Shown: positions 17,369 to 27,652, counted from the first letter of the stretch. The stretch is DNA of 32,000 bases from Hyperthermus butylicus DSM 5456 (GCF_000015145.1 NC_008818.1:1290001-1322000); one strand, 5' to 3'. Program-made: numbers and translations. The notes: generated by a model from the letters alone, not told the origin.

Positions 17369-18211
17369 ATGTCGTGGCAGCCGCCTCCACGCAAAGTGAA
17401 GCTAGTAGCGGCTGTACCAGCCTCATACACTTCCACCGAGGGTGATCTACGCCATAAGACCATCAAGGTTGGCCTCCTCGGTAGACTCTTTGCAGTCTAC
17501 CGTGTCGACGAGGCAATCGTGTATATTGATAGGCCTGCATACTGGCGTGATGCAGAACTTATGAGAAAGATACTGGAGTACATGGTTACTGCGCCATATC
17601 TCCGAAAGAAGATCTATCCACCAAACGTGCCCGAGTTACGCTACGCTAGCCTTCTTCCACCACTTCAGCTTCCAACGCATGGTGTTGGAGGTCCGGTGGA
17701 TGGAGAGGTGCGTCAAGCGCTGGTTCTAAGGGCTTCTGGTGGACGAGCACTTGTTGAGGCTGGGTTAGAGGAGCCCGTATGGGTTAGAGGCAGGTTTCAT
17801 CGTGGCCAGCGTATACTGGTGCGTATAGTGTCCGTCGAACGTGGTATCGTAGAGCCGGTCGAGGATGAATTAGTTTACAATGGGTTCAAGGTAACTATAG
17901 TTGAAGGATTGTCGCGACTCCTATCAAAGTATCGGAATTATACACGTATAGCGACTAGTAGAAAGGGCAGGCTTGTAGACGCTGAGCTGCTCTCCCAGAT
18001 AGGATCCAGGTCCTCCAGTGGGCCTGGAGTACTGGTGCTCTTTGGTGCACCGGACCTGGGTCTCTACGAGCTGGCTGAGCTTGAGAACCTAAAACTGGAG
18101 GATCTTGTGGACTATGTGGTTAACACTATCCCACAACAGGGCACCAAGACTGTTCGGGTTGAGGAGGCTGTGGCAGCTACGCTGGCGTTGCTAAACCTTG
18201 TGCTCAGCTAG
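17369..18211 (+). CDS. SPOUT-type RNA methyltransferase (COG2106-like)
   Basis: Track ORF 17195..18211; likely true start ATG 17369 (MSWQPPPRKVKLVAAVPASYTSTEGDLRHKTIKVGLLGRLFAVYRVDEAIVY). GSRSSSGPGVLVLFGAPDLGL, IPQQGTKTVRVEEAVAATLALLN; sits directly upstream of rpl3. Confidence 0.85.
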   Translation: MSWQPPPRKVKLVAAVPASYTSTEGDLRHKTIKVGLLGRLFAVYRVDEAIVYIDRPAYWRDAELMRKILEYMVTAPYLRKKIYPPNVPELRYASLLPPLQLPTHGVGGPVDGEVRQALVLRASGGRALVEAGLEEPVWVRGRFHRGQRILVRIVSVERGIVEPVEDELVYNGFKVTIVEGLSRLLSKYRNYTRIATSRKGRLVDAELLSQIGSRSSSGPGVLVLFGAPDLGLYELAELENLKLEDLVDYVVNTIPQQGTKTVRVEEAVAATLALLNLVLS

Positions 18212-18310
18212 GCACGTAGCTCCTATGGGAGGCTTAGGGATAAAAAGCGCTGGTTAGCTGTGTGCAGCGATTCGGGTAGGGTTGCTAGGAAGGATAGGCG
18301 GTGATGCATA

Positions 18311-19354
18311 GTGGGTGCACGAAAAAAGCATGCGCCTCGACGTGGAAGCTTAGGACTCCGGCCGCGTAAGCGTGCCTCGAGGCTAGTGCCTAGAGTGAAG
18401 AGTTGGCCGGAGGTTCAGAGCGAGAACCCGCTGCCGCTTGCATTCCTGGCATACAAGGTTGGCATGACACATGTATATGTAATAGATGATGAGCCGGGCT
18501 CAATAACCCATGGTAGAGAAATATTCATGCCCGTCACAGTACTCGAAGCGCCACCAATGGTTGTCACAGCGGTAAGAGTCTACGGCTATGATCCCAACAT
18601 AGGCCTATACACGCTCAGTGAGGCATGGGCTCAGCCCGAGACGCTCGTGGAAAAGTACAACCTTGACATATACCGTGTAGTTCCAAGGCTACGCTTCCCA
18701 GACCCGGACAAGGCTGTTAAGAAGCTTGAGGGCCTACTAGACAAGGTCTATGATGTCCGCATCATAGCAGCTACACAGCCTAGGCTCGTTGGCGGTCTCA
18801 GCAAGAAGAAGCCAGACCTACTAGAGATAAAGATCGGTGGCGGCAGCAGCATAGAGGACCGCTTCAACTATGCAGTTAAGCTGCTAGGCTCGGAGCTAAA
18901 GGTCTCCGATGTATTCCGCGAGGGGCAGTTTGTAGATGTTATAGCTGTGACTAAGGGTAAGGGCTTCCAGGGTGTAATCAAGAGGTTTGGTGTCAAGGAG
19001 CTGCCGAGATGGCACAAGCACAGGAAGGGTAGCAGGAGCGGCCCCGGTACAAGAGGTCCAGCAACATCATTCTCGTGGAGCGAGGTGCCACAGCCAGGCC
19101 AGATGGGCTTCCACCGCAGGACAGAGTACAACAAGCGCATACTAAAGATAGGCGACAACGGCCTCGAAATCACCCCAGCGGGCGGCTTCCTACACTACGG
19201 CATTGTTAGGAGCACCTACATACTGCTAGCAGGCAGTATACCGGGTACACCTAAGAGGCCAATAGTGCTGAGGCACCCGGTAAGGCCACGCTGGATGCCG
19301 GAGGCACCACCAAAGATAACATACATAAGCCTTGCAAGCAAGCAGGGCAACTAG
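18311..19354 (+). CDS. rpl3: 50S ribosomal protein L3
   Basis: AFLAYKVGMTHV, RFGVKELPRWHKHRKGSRSGPGTRGP, GQMGFHRRTEYNKRILKIG. GTG start. Confidence 0.97.
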   Translation: MGARKKHAPRRGSLGLRPRKRASRLVPRVKSWPEVQSENPLPLAFLAYKVGMTHVYVIDDEPGSITHGREIFMPVTVLEAPPMVVTAVRVYGYDPNIGLYTLSEAWAQPETLVEKYNLDIYRVVPRLRFPDPDKAVKKLEGLLDKVYDVRIIAATQPRLVGGLSKKKPDLLEIKIGGGSSIEDRFNYAVKLLGSELKVSDVFREGQFVDVIAVTKGKGFQGVIKRFGVKELPRWHKHRKGSRSGPGTRGPATSFSWSEVPQPGQMGFHRRTEYNKRILKIGDNGLEITPAGGFLHYGIVRSTYILLAGSIPGTPKRPIVLRHPVRPRWMPEAPPKITYISLASKQGN

Positions 19355-19401
19355 CCTAGGGCGCACCAATCGGTGAACGTGTGGGCCAGGAGGTGTAGGC
19401 G

Positions 19402-20235
19402 TTGGCGTCGAAGATAGGCTCAATGATATTCCTGCTTGCGACACAGCCGCCTCGCGTACCAGTATACAACCTAGAGGGCAGTGTAGCTGAGGAGGTGCAG
19501 CTGCCCAGAGTCTTCGGGCTCCCCGTGCGCATAGACCTCATAAGGCGTGCATTCCTTTCGGAGTTCACAGCAAGACTCCAGCCAAAGGGCAGGGATCCAC
19601 TAGCTGGTAAGAGGACTACTGCTAGAAGCTTCGGTGTAGGCCTGGGTATTGCTAGGGTTCCGAGAATACCCGGCCTAGGCAGAGCAGCATTCATAAACTC
19701 GGCAGTTGGCGGTCATTTGGCGCACCCGCCAAGGGTCGAGAAGAAGATACATGAGGAGATAAACAAGAAGGAGAAGAAGCTTGCAACAGCTTCAGCGCTA
19801 GCTGCAACTGCAAGAAAGGAGTTCGTAGAGAAGCGTGGCCACAGGTTTCCGGCACAGACAGTCCCCGTAATAGTAGTTGACGAAGTCGAAACCAGCATTA
19901 CGAGGGTCAAGGAGGCGAAACTGCTGCTAGAAAAGCTGGGCGTCTGGAGCGACATTGAGAGGGCGAAGGAGAGGACAAGGATACGTGCTGGTAAGGGTAA
20001 GAGGCGTGGCAGGAGATACATAACGCCCAAGAGCATCCTCTTCATAGTATCGAACCACAACTCTTCCTTCGCGAGGGCCGTAGCAGGGCTACCCGGCGTA
20101 GATGTAGCTGAGCCATGGAATGTTAATGTGCTACAGCTAGCACCCGGTGGAGTGCCTGGCAGGCTCACAGTGATAACCCGCAGTGCCCTCGAAGAGCTAG
20201 GCAAGAGGTTTGACTCGATACTCCTTCAGATCTAA
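19402..20235 (+). CDS. rpl4: 50S ribosomal protein L4
   Basis: GRDPLAGKRTTARSFGVGLGIARVPR, AFINSAVGGHLAHPPRVEKK, DVAEPWNVNVLQLAPGGVPGRLTV. Confidence 0.95.
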   Translation: MASKIGSMIFLLATQPPRVPVYNLEGSVAEEVQLPRVFGLPVRIDLIRRAFLSEFTARLQPKGRDPLAGKRTTARSFGVGLGIARVPRIPGLGRAAFINSAVGGHLAHPPRVEKKIHEEINKKEKKLATASALAATARKEFVEKRGHRFPAQTVPVIVVDEVETSITRVKEAKLLLEKLGVWSDIERAKERTRIRAGKGKRRGRRYITPKSILFIVSNHNSSFARAVAGLPGVDVAEPWNVNVLQLAPGGVPGRLTVITRSALEELGKRFDSILLQI

Positions 20236-20265
20236 CACTCTTAGCCGGTAGAGGGGTGACGAAGT

Positions 20266-20532
20266 ATGACACGTACGCCCTGGGACATAATCATAAGGCC
20301 CGTGCAGAGCGAAAAAGCGCTCAAGCTAATAGAGGAGCAGAACACGCTAACGTTCATAGTTGACAGAAAGGCAACCAAGCACGACATTAAGAGAGCAGTT
20401 GAGGAGGCGTTTGGCGTAAAGGTTGTCAAGGTTAACACTCTGATAACGCCGCGCGGCGAAAAGAAGGCCTATGTAAAGCTTGCAAAAGAGTACAGCGCGG
20501 CAGATGTAGCAGCAAGGCTTGGCCTACTCTAA
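20266..20532 (+). CDS. rpl23: 50S ribosomal protein L23
   Basis: [65 protein letters not shown]. Confidence 0.95.
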   Translation: MTRTPWDIIIRPVQSEKALKLIEEQNTLTFIVDRKATKHDIKRAVEEAFGVKVVKVNTLITPRGEKKAYVKLAKEYSAADVAARLGLL

Positions 20533-20593
20533 GCATCCTAGCCTTGTTTCATCAAACTTATTTTGGCTAGTGGGACACTATATCACTCATTCT

Positions 20594-20647
20594 GGAGCCC
20601 GCGCGAGTGCCCCGTGTACCGGGGCCCGGTGAGCGCGCGGAGGCTCC
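20594..20647 (+). other. Strong nested inverted repeat / structured RNA element
   Basis: GGAGC-CCGCGCG-AGT-GCCCCG-TGTAC-CGGGGC-...-CGCGCGG-AG-GCTCC; three stacked complementary arms of 5, 7 and 6 bp. Confidence 0.5.
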
Positions 20648-20964
20648 ACCCCTAGGCGTCAGGCCCCTCGCACAACTCGCTCTCGCTATTCTCGTGTACC
20701 CATCCTCTACCTCCTGGATTTGTACTATCCTAATCCTAGGAAGGGGAGGCGTCTTTGGCTGTGGGGCTGCCCGAGCTGGGGGTCACTCGCAATCCAACTC
20801 CACACCTTGCCTGTAAATGTTCGGTGCAGGTCAGCTCGTTCATCCCCCAGTATCTATAGTCGTGGGTGCCTCCTTAACGTATTTTATTGGGCTCTAGGGT
20901 TTGCTGCGAGGATGGGCAGGTATTAAGGGTGGTACTGGGCGGTGCTGGGCTGGGTGGTGTGGTA

Positions 20965-21435
20965 ATGCCTACATGGCATTACTCAGTACGGGTTGACGAG
21001 GAGAAGTCCGCTAAGGCTATGGTATGGGATGCGCCTATATCCTACAAGAAGATTGTAGAGCTAGCTCGGCTCCTTAAGGGTATGAAGGTTGATGAGGCTC
21101 GTCGTTTCCTTGAGAGGGTTGCTAGGGGCGAGGAGCCCATACCTGTGAGGAGGTATAGTGGGAAGCAAGCTCACCACCGTGGCCTAGCTGCCAAGTATAA
21201 GTGGCCGATTGGTAGGTACCCGGTGAAGGCTGCTAAGATACTGTTGAGGCTGCTGGACAATGTTACGAATAACGCGGAGGTTAAGGGGCTTGACACTGAA
21301 AGGCTCCGCATAGTACATATAGCTGTTCACAAGGGCAGGGTGCTTAAGCGGTGGATGCCCCGCGCCTTTGGTAGGGCGACGCCGAAGTTCAAGAAGTATA
21401 GCCATATAGAGATAGTTGTGGCGGAGGAGGAGTAG
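20965..21435 (+). CDS. rpl22: 50S ribosomal protein L22
   Basis: Track ORF starts at 20887; family start is MPTWHYSVRVDEEKSAKAM at 20965. HHRGLAAKYKWPIGRYPVKAAKILLRLLDNV. Confidence 0.95.
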   Translation: MPTWHYSVRVDEEKSAKAMVWDAPISYKKIVELARLLKGMKVDEARRFLERVARGEEPIPVRRYSGKQAHHRGLAAKYKWPIGRYPVKAAKILLRLLDNVTNNAEVKGLDTERLRIVHIAVHKGRVLKRWMPRAFGRATPKFKKYSHIEIVVAEEE

Positions 21436-21437
21436 CC

Positions 21438-22181
21438 GTGGTGCTCATAAAGAGGTACTTCATCAAGAAGGCTATGGTGCAGACGCAGATAGATGAGTAT
21501 CTAGCCAAGAGGTTCTACCGTGCTGGTTATGCTGGTGTGCAGATCATACAGTTTCCGCTCGGTACACGCGTGATAATATATGCTGAGAGGCCGGCAATGA
21601 TTATTGGTAGGCGTGGCGAGACCATAAGGCAGCTAGCAGCGATATTTGAGCACGAGTTTGGCCTCTCAAACCCTCAGATAACAGTGAGGAGGGTCGAAAA
21701 CCCTGATCTGAATGCCCGCGTGGTAGCTTCAAGGATAGCGGTGCTCCTCGAGAGGGGCGCTTATTACCGACGAGTGGCCAACGTCATGGCTAGACGTGTC
21801 CTCAACGCTGGAGCTATAGGCGTGCAGATAGTGATTAGCGGTAAGCTGCGTACGGAGCGTGCACGCTACGAGAAGGTTCGCCGCGGCAAGGTGTACACTA
21901 CGGGTCACCAGGTAGAGTACATGGTTGACCGTGCAGTAATGCATGTCACGCTTAAGCCTGGTGTTCTAGGCATAGAGGTCATGATAGTAAAGCCTGCAAA
22001 GCCCAGTGACTACGTGAGGATAAAGCAGCCTGAAGAGGTTAAGGAGTTCATAGAGCAGGTTAGGAGCGAGCTCGAAAAAGCTAGGGCTGCAGAAGCTGCG
22101 GCAGCTGTGGCACAGCAGGGCGAGGTTGTAGGGGAGGCTCCAAATACACCTCTCGAGGAACAGGGTCAGAAGCAGGGGTGA
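21438..22181 (+). CDS. rps3: 30S ribosomal protein S3
   Basis: KRYFIKKAMVQTQIDEYLAKRFYRAGYAGVQ, GRRGETIRQLAAIFE, GVQIVISGKLRTERARYEK. Confidence 0.96.
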   Translation: MVLIKRYFIKKAMVQTQIDEYLAKRFYRAGYAGVQIIQFPLGTRVIIYAERPAMIIGRRGETIRQLAAIFEHEFGLSNPQITVRRVENPDLNARVVASRIAVLLERGAYYRRVANVMARRVLNAGAIGVQIVISGKLRTERARYEKVRRGKVYTTGHQVEYMVDRAVMHVTLKPGVLGIEVMIVKPAKPSDYVRIKQPEEVKEFIEQVRSELEKARAAEAAAAVAQQGEVVGEAPNTPLEEQGQKQG

Positions 22182-22187
22182 TAGTGT

Positions 22188-22421
22188 ATGGCTAAGTACA
22201 TGATTAAGACGGATGATATCCGGAAGATGAGTCCAGAGGAGAGGCTAAAGAAGCTACAGGAGCTGAAGGAGGAGCTGGTAAAGCTCCGGCTCAAGGCGGC
22301 TGTTGGTACTCTCGAAAACCCCGGCGCCATAAGGGCTATCAGGAAGACCATCGCCAGGATCTTGACAGTTATGCGTGAGGAAGAGCTTGCAAAGCAGCGC
22401 GGCGAGAAGGGGAAACGCTAG
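22188..22421 (+). CDS. rpl29: 50S ribosomal protein L29
   Basis: IRKMSPEERLKKLQELKEELVKLRLKAAVGTLENPGAIRAIRKTIARILTV. Confidence 0.93.
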   Translation: MAKYMIKTDDIRKMSPEERLKKLQELKEELVKLRLKAAVGTLENPGAIRAIRKTIARILTVMREEELAKQRGEKGKR

Positions 22422-22450
22422 GACTCCTGTCTTGGCGCTGGGGGCTTGTT

Positions 22451-22786
22451 TTGAAGCGTACTGCGTGGAACATTGTTTTCCACAGCCTCATAGGTCTCCG
22501 CGCTCGCGTCCTCGCTACGAGTGACCCGGGCCTCCGCGGTCTCGAGGGCGTAGTTGTTGAGGAGACTAGGCACAGTCTAGTCGTCGAGACGAGGGATGGG
22601 CGGAGGGTTCGTGTACTAAAGGCAAACTCTATTTTCCTCTTCCAGCTGCCTGGGGGCTCCTGGGTTGTTGTTAGAGGAGAGGAAATAGCCGGGAGTCTAG
22701 CTGAGCGTGTTAAGAGGCTGGGTAGGCTAAAGGGGGTAGGATGGCTTGTCCGTGCGGGTGAGAAACGTAGGTATACCAGGGGTTAA
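22451..22786 (+). CDS. rnp1: Ribonuclease P protein component 1 (Rpp29)
   Basis: NIVFHSLIGLRARVLATSDPGLRGLEGVVVEETRHSLVVETRDGRRVRVLKANSIFLFQL; conserved position between L29 and S17. Confidence 0.9.
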   Translation: MKRTAWNIVFHSLIGLRARVLATSDPGLRGLEGVVVEETRHSLVVETRDGRRVRVLKANSIFLFQLPGGSWVVVRGEEIAGSLAERVKRLGRLKGVGWLVRAGEKRRYTRG

Positions 22787-23096
22787 GCCCCCAGAGCGAA
22801 CCTGCAACGACCCCAAGTGTCCGTGGCACGGTAAGGTTAGGGTTAGAGGCCTCATACTCACCGGTGTAGTTATCAAGAACAAGATGAAGAATACTGTGGT
22901 TGTAGAGAGGGAGTACCTTTACTACGACAGGAAGTACAAGAGGTATGAGAGGCGCCGTAGCAGGATACACGCCCACAACCCGCCATGCATCAACGCGCAG
23001 CCAGGAGACATAGTAATCATTGGCGAGACTAGGCCGCTAGCAAAGACAGTACACTTCGTAGTGCTTGGCGTTGTAGGAAAGAAGCCGTTGAGCTAG
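22746..23096 (+). CDS. rps17: 30S ribosomal protein S17
   Basis: NVGIPGVKPPERTCNDPKCPWHGKVRVRGLILTGVVIKNKMKNTVVVEREY. TTG start in track, overlaps rnp1 by 41 nt. Confidence 0.93.
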   Translation: MSVRVRNVGIPGVKPPERTCNDPKCPWHGKVRVRGLILTGVVIKNKMKNTVVVEREYLYYDRKYKRYERRRSRIHAHNPPCINAQPGDIVIIGETRPLAKTVHFVVLGVVGKKPLS

Positions 23097-23162
23097 CTTG
23101 GCGGGAAACCCTATTACTAGGCGTCCGCTACGCATAGCCCCAACGCGGGTGGGTGGAATAGC

Positions 23163-23579
23163 ATGCCCAAGGGTGCTGCTGGAGCTGGTCCACGCAGGCA
23201 CATAGCTGCAGGTCTACAGGTTGGCAGCTATGTGAAGGTAGCCGATAACAGTGGTGCTAAGGAGGCAATGATAATAGGCGTTATTGGCTACAAGGGTAGG
23301 CTGCGCCGTATACCACCAGCAGCGGTTGGCGACATGGTAGTTGTGACTGTGAAGAAGGGTACACCGGAGATGAGGAAGCAGGTTGTGAGAGCGATAGTCA
23401 TCAGGCAGAGGAGGCCCTACCGCCGCCCCGACGGCACCTGGATAGCTTTCGAGGACAATGCAGTGGTCATAGTGAGCCCGGATGGTACGCCAAAGGGCAG
23501 CGAGATACGTGGCCCCGTGGCTAGAGAGGCTGCTGAGCGCTGGCCAAAGGTTGCCAACATAGCCAGCATAATAATCTAA
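23163..23579 (+). CDS. rpl14: 50S ribosomal protein L14
   Basis: [75 protein letters not shown]. Confidence 0.96.
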   Translation: MPKGAAGAGPRRHIAAGLQVGSYVKVADNSGAKEAMIIGVIGYKGRLRRIPPAAVGDMVVVTVKKGTPEMRKQVVRAIVIRQRRPYRRPDGTWIAFEDNAVVIVSPDGTPKGSEIRGPVAREAAERWPKVANIASIII

Positions 23580-23599
23580 GGCGCCTAGCCTGGGGTGTT

Positions 23600-24055
23600 G
23601 TGTATATGCGGTGGGTTAAGTCTTCGCAGCCCAGGAAGCAGCGTCGCGCGCTCTTCAACGCTCCCCTCCACAAGCGGCAGAAGCTTATGGCTGCACCGCT
23701 AAGCCCCGAGCTGAGGAAGCAGTATGGCATTCGTAGCCTTCCAGTAAGGGTTGGTGACGAAGTTGTAATAATGCGTGGCGACTTCAAGGGGCACCGTGGC
23801 AAGGTTGTACGTGTAGACCTGCGCCGCATGCGGATATTCGTTGAGGGCGTAACGATCACCAATGCTAGGGGTGAGCCTCGCTACTACCCGATACACCCCT
23901 CCAACGTTATGATAGTCTCACTAAACCTTGACGATGAGAGGAGGAGGCAGATAATAGAGAGGAAGAGGAGGCAGCGTGAGCTACAGCTAGCACTAATGAA
24001 GGCAGCGGCGGGGGGCTCAGCTGAAGCTATAGGGGAGGAGGGGAAGGCTAGCTAA
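23600..24055 (+). CDS. rpl24: 50S ribosomal protein L24
   Basis: [66 protein letters not shown]. Confidence 0.95.
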   Translation: MYMRWVKSSQPRKQRRALFNAPLHKRQKLMAAPLSPELRKQYGIRSLPVRVGDEVVIMRGDFKGHRGKVVRVDLRRMRIFVEGVTITNARGEPRYYPIHPSNVMIVSLNLDDERRRQIIERKRRQRELQLALMKAAAGGSAEAIGEEGKAS

Positions 24056-24080
24056 GCACCGGGTTTGAGGTGGTAAGGTT

Positions 24081-24848
24081 ATGGCGCGAATGGGTGGTAG
24101 GAGGCACCTAAAGACGCTGGCTGCGCCAAAGTTCTGGCCTGTAAGGCAGCGTGCTGGCATATTTACGGTTAAGCCGTCGCCGGGGCCCCACCCGATAGAG
24201 CGGTCGATACCTCTACTCATACTGGTCCGCGATGTGCTGGGCTACGCTAAGACTGCTAGAGAGGCAAGGAAGCTAATAGCAGAGGGCCACTTCAAGATCG
24301 ACGGGAGGGTTAGGAGGAACTACAAGTACCCAGTCGGCTTCATGGATGTGATAGAGATAGTTGACACTGGTGAGTTCTACCGCGTCCTACCATATCCAAC
24401 AAGGTTCTTCACCCTACACCCGATATCGAAGGAGGAGGCGCAGTTCAAGCTGGGTAGGATAGAGGACAAGAGCACGGTCAAGGGTGGCCACATCCAGCTA
24501 CACCTACACGATGGCCGAAACGTGCTCATTAGGGTATCTGACCCGACAAACCCCGTGGAGGCCAAGCCGTACAAGACGCTAGGCACAGTCAAGATCTCCA
24601 TACCAGAACAGCAACTCCTAGGCTACGCTCCGCTCGAGGTTGGTAGCCTAGTGATAATCTTTGGCGGTCGCAACGTTGGCCGTGTAGGCCGCATAGTCTC
24701 GATACAGCCTGGCATGAGGCGCCGCGGAATAGTAACAATAGAGGATGCAAGGGGCGAGAAGATACAGACAAGCCTTGAGTACGTATTCGTCATAGCTCCG
24801 CCCAACGAGGAGCCCTGGATAAGCCTACCGGAGGGTGCGTGGAAGTGA
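24081..24848 (+). CDS. rps4e: 30S ribosomal protein S4e
   Basis: [65 protein letters not shown]. Confidence 0.96.
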   Translation: MARMGGRRHLKTLAAPKFWPVRQRAGIFTVKPSPGPHPIERSIPLLILVRDVLGYAKTAREARKLIAEGHFKIDGRVRRNYKYPVGFMDVIEIVDTGEFYRVLPYPTRFFTLHPISKEEAQFKLGRIEDKSTVKGGHIQLHLHDGRNVLIRVSDPTNPVEAKPYKTLGTVKISIPEQQLLGYAPLEVGSLVIIFGGRNVGRVGRIVSIQPGMRRRGIVTIEDARGEKIQTSLEYVFVIAPPNEEPWISLPEGAWK

Positions 24849-25435
24849 CGGCGGCAGTTACCACGCAGGCACGCATACCCCTCACTCCGGAGCAGATAGA
24901 GGAGATACACCGCAAGTGGGATAGCAATCCAATGCTAAAGCCAAGGATAGTAAAGGTTACAGTCAATATTGGTGTTGGCGAGTCTGGTGAGAGGCTGCAG
25001 AAGGCTATCAAGGTTCTCGAGATGCTTACAGGACAAAAGCCGGCCGTCAGAAAGGCCAAGAAGACTATAAGGGATTTCGGCATAAGGAAGGGTGAACCAA
25101 TAGCAGCGATGGTTACGCTGCGTGGCGAGAAGGCAATAGAGTTCCTTAAGAGGGTACTGCCTGCAATAGGTAATAAGCTGCGAGAGAGCCAGTTTGATGA
25201 ATTTGGCAACGTCTCGTTCGGCATAAAGGAGCATATTCTGATACCCGGTGTACGCTACGATCCCGAGATAGGAGTCTTCGGCATGGACATAGCGATTACG
25301 ATTGAGAGGCCAGGCTACCGCGTAATGAGGAGGCGGAGGGCCCGCAGCAGAGTTCCACGCAGGCACCGTGTAACAAAGGAGGAGGCAATGCTCCTACTAC
25401 ACGAGCTATTCGGGGTAAGCATAGAGCCAAAATAA
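24839..25435 (+). CDS. rpl5: 50S ribosomal protein L5
   Basis: [67 protein letters not shown]. Confidence 0.96.
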   Translation: MEVTAAVTTQARIPLTPEQIEEIHRKWDSNPMLKPRIVKVTVNIGVGESGERLQKAIKVLEMLTGQKPAVRKAKKTIRDFGIRKGEPIAAMVTLRGEKAIEFLKRVLPAIGNKLRESQFDEFGNVSFGIKEHILIPGVRYDPEIGVFGMDIAITIERPGYRVMRRRRARSRVPRRHRVTKEEAMLLLHELFGVSIEPK

Positions 25436-25475
25436 ACCCGTACACCGGGGGACTGGGTAGCCTGGGGTGGATGAT

Positions 25476-25640
25476 ATGGGCAAGTATAGGCCTCCGCGCG
25501 TGGTAAAGTATGGGCGCGGAGCATATCGATGCCAGCGCTGCGGCAGTCACGATGCAGTCATAAAGAAGTATGGGCTAATGCTATGCAGGCAGTGTTTCCG
25601 CGAGCTAGCAGTTAGCCTAGGTTTCAGAAAGTACATGTAA
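25476..25640 (+). CDS. rps14: 30S ribosomal protein S14 (missing from ORF track)
   Basis: Manual translation: [54 protein letters not shown]. Four-Cys S14, between L5 and S8. Confidence 0.95.
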   Translation: MGKYRPPRVVKYGRGAYRCQRCGSHDAVIKKYGLMLCRQCFRELAVSLGFRKYM

Positions 25641-25656
25641 TAAGGGGTGAACCGGG

Positions 25657-26058
25657 ATGGTCATGCTCGACACACTTGCAAATGCAATGGCAGCAATCGT
25701 AAATGCTGAGATGAGGGCTAAGCCAGAAGTAATCATAATGCCTGCTTCAAAGCTTATAGCAAACGTGCTCCGTGTCATGCAGCGCGAGGGCTACATAGGC
25801 GAGTTCGAGTATATAGATGATGGGCGCTGGGGCAAGATAAGGGTTAGACTGCTGGGCAGGATAAACAAGGCAGGCGTAATCAAGCCAAGGTTCTCGGTGA
25901 AGTACAAGGACTTGATAAGGATGCCTGACTGGCTGAGAAAGTATCTGCCAAGCAGGGATATAGGTATACTAATAATATCTACTAGCCAGGGCGTAATGTC
26001 TCACCGTGAAGCCATACAGCGCAGGATAGGCGGCGTCCTGCTGGCATATGTCTACTAG
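25657..26058 (+). CDS. rps8: 30S ribosomal protein S8
   Basis: [58 protein letters not shown]...[26 protein letters not shown]. Confidence 0.95.
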   Translation: MVMLDTLANAMAAIVNAEMRAKPEVIIMPASKLIANVLRVMQREGYIGEFEYIDDGRWGKIRVRLLGRINKAGVIKPRFSVKYKDLIRMPDWLRKYLPSRDIGILIISTSQGVMSHREAIQRRIGGVLLAYVY

Positions 26059-26217
26059 CCCCTAGAGCCACTCCACTACCCTTGTTTTCGCTTGTTCCCA
26101 GTACATGTCTTCTCAGGTTCTCGCTGGGCCGCGTATGCCTCCTGCATCGTGGATACTGGGTGTTAGGCGGTAGGCTCTAAATAGGGGGTAGAGCATCGCG
26201 GAGCTGGGGTGTAGGTA

Positions 26218-26778
26218 TTGGCTAAGGCGGTGTATGTTGCTGAGGAGGTTAGGGTGCCGGAGGGCGTTGAGGTTAGCATTGACGGGCTAAAGGTGACTGT
26301 GAAGGGCCCTAAAGGCGAGCTTACCCGGGACTTCTCGCACGCCAGGAACATCGTGATAAGGCTTGACGAGGATGAGGAGGGTAAGAAGGTTGTTGTGGAG
26401 GCATACTTCGCTAACCGGCGTGTTAAGGCGCTTGTGGGTACTATTGCTGCCCACATCGAGAACATGATTACTGGTGTAACGAAGGGATTCCGTTACAAGC
26501 TCAAGATAGTCTACTCGCACTTCCCTGTAACAGTTAAGGTGCAGGGTGACAAGGTGGTAATCGAGAACTTCCTCGGCGAGAAGGCGCCGCGTATAGCGAA
26601 GATAATGCCAGGCGTGACTGTTAAGGTTCAGAAGGATGATGTTATCGTGGAGGGTATAGATATAGAGGCGGTTGGTCAGACTGCTGCAAACATAGAGCAG
26701 GCGACTAAGGTTAAGGATAAGGATAGGCGTGTTTTCATAGACGGCATATACATCTACGAGAAGGGGGTGGCTGAGTAA
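26218..26778 (+). CDS. rpl6: 50S ribosomal protein L6
   Basis: [44 protein letters not shown] start. Confidence 0.95.
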   Translation: MAKAVYVAEEVRVPEGVEVSIDGLKVTVKGPKGELTRDFSHARNIVIRLDEDEEGKKVVVEAYFANRRVKALVGTIAAHIENMITGVTKGFRYKLKIVYSHFPVTVKVQGDKVVIENFLGEKAPRIAKIMPGVTVKVQKDDVIVEGIDIEAVGQTAANIEQATKVKDKDRRVFIDGIYIYEKGVAE

Positions 26779-27146
26779 TGGTCGAGCAGGGGAAGGATAT
26801 AGAGAGGCTCCTACGCATACGTAGGAGGCTCAAGGCTAGGAAGCCCGTGTTCCTCCGTAATCTATGGTGGAAATTCCCCAAGTTCAAGAATGACCCGAAG
26901 TGGAGGAAGCCTAAGGGCATAGACAACCCGATGAGGCTAAGGCTCAAGGGGCGACCGCCGATAGTCGAGGTTGGCTACCGTAGCCCAGCAGCTGTACGTG
27001 GGCTACACCCGACTGGGCTGCAGCCAGTAACAGTCTCAAATCCAGCTGAGCTTGATAGGCTCGACCCAGCGAGACACATAGTCTATATAGCCTCGGGTGT
27101 TGGGCTACGCAAGCGGCTCGAGATTATAGAGAAGGCAAAAGCCTAA
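26778..27146 (+). CDS. rpl32e: 50S ribosomal protein L32e
   Basis: KPVFLRNLWWKFPKFKNDPKWRKPKGIDNPMRLRLKGRPPIVEVGYRSPAAVRGLHPTG. Confidence 0.95.
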   Translation: MVEQGKDIERLLRIRRRLKARKPVFLRNLWWKFPKFKNDPKWRKPKGIDNPMRLRLKGRPPIVEVGYRSPAAVRGLHPTGLQPVTVSNPAELDRLDPARHIVYIASGVGLRKRLEIIEKAKA

Positions 27147-27190
27147 GGGGTTTAGGGTGGCAAACGCATAGGTACGTGGGGTGAAGTAGT

Positions 27191-27652
27191 GTGACCGACC
27201 TCTCCATGCAGAAGAGGCTAGCCGCTGAGGTGCTCGGTGTAGGGGTGTCAAGGATCTGGATTGATCCATCAAGGATAGAGGATGTAGCTAGCGCTATTAC
27301 TAGGGAGGAGATAAAGAGGCTAATAAAGGAGGGTGTCATACAGGTAAAGCCGACCCATAGCCCCTCCAGGGGCAGGTGGAGGGAGCGCCACGAGGCACGC
27401 AAGAAGGGTAGGCACCGCGGTCCAGGCAGGCGTAAGGGTGATGCTACTGCTCGTAGGGATCCGAAGGAGGAGTGGATGCACAGGATAAGGAAGATACGCC
27501 GCTACCTACGCTACCTACGCGACCATGGCGTGATAGACAGGAAGACTTACAGGAAGCTGTACATGTGGGCTAAGGGCGGTATGTTCCCAACATTCTCGGC
27601 ACTGCAGCGTTGGCTCGAGGAGCATGGCTACCCTACAAGCGTGAAGAAGTAG
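27191..27652 (+). CDS. rpl19e: 50S ribosomal protein L19e
   Basis: DLSMQKRLAAEVLGVGVSRIWIDPSRIEDVASAITREEIKRLI...RGPGRRKGDATARRDPKEEWMHRIRKIRRYL. Confidence 0.95.
   Translation: MTDLSMQKRLAAEVLGVGVSRIWIDPSRIEDVASAITREEIKRLIKEGVIQVKPTHSPSRGRWRERHEARKKGRHRGPGRRKGDATARRDPKEEWMHRIRKIRRYLRYLRDHGVIDRKTYRKLYMWAKGGMFPTFSALQRWLEEHGYPTSVKK

Noticed and set aside
20607-20926. Small plus-strand ORFs 20607..20816 and 20720..20926 in the L23-L22 spacer
   Set aside because: Short, Pro/Ser/Cys-rich, overlapping each other, no recognisable domain. The N-terminal extension of the L22 ORF before 20965 is rejected as well.
20560-20930. Considered SRP (7S) RNA, RNase P RNA or a tRNA in the spacer
   Set aside because: Could not find the SRP helix 8 signature (GGAAGGGAGCAGC type), RNase P conserved boxes or a T-arm GGTTCRA with matching stems. 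Left as an unexplained structured region.
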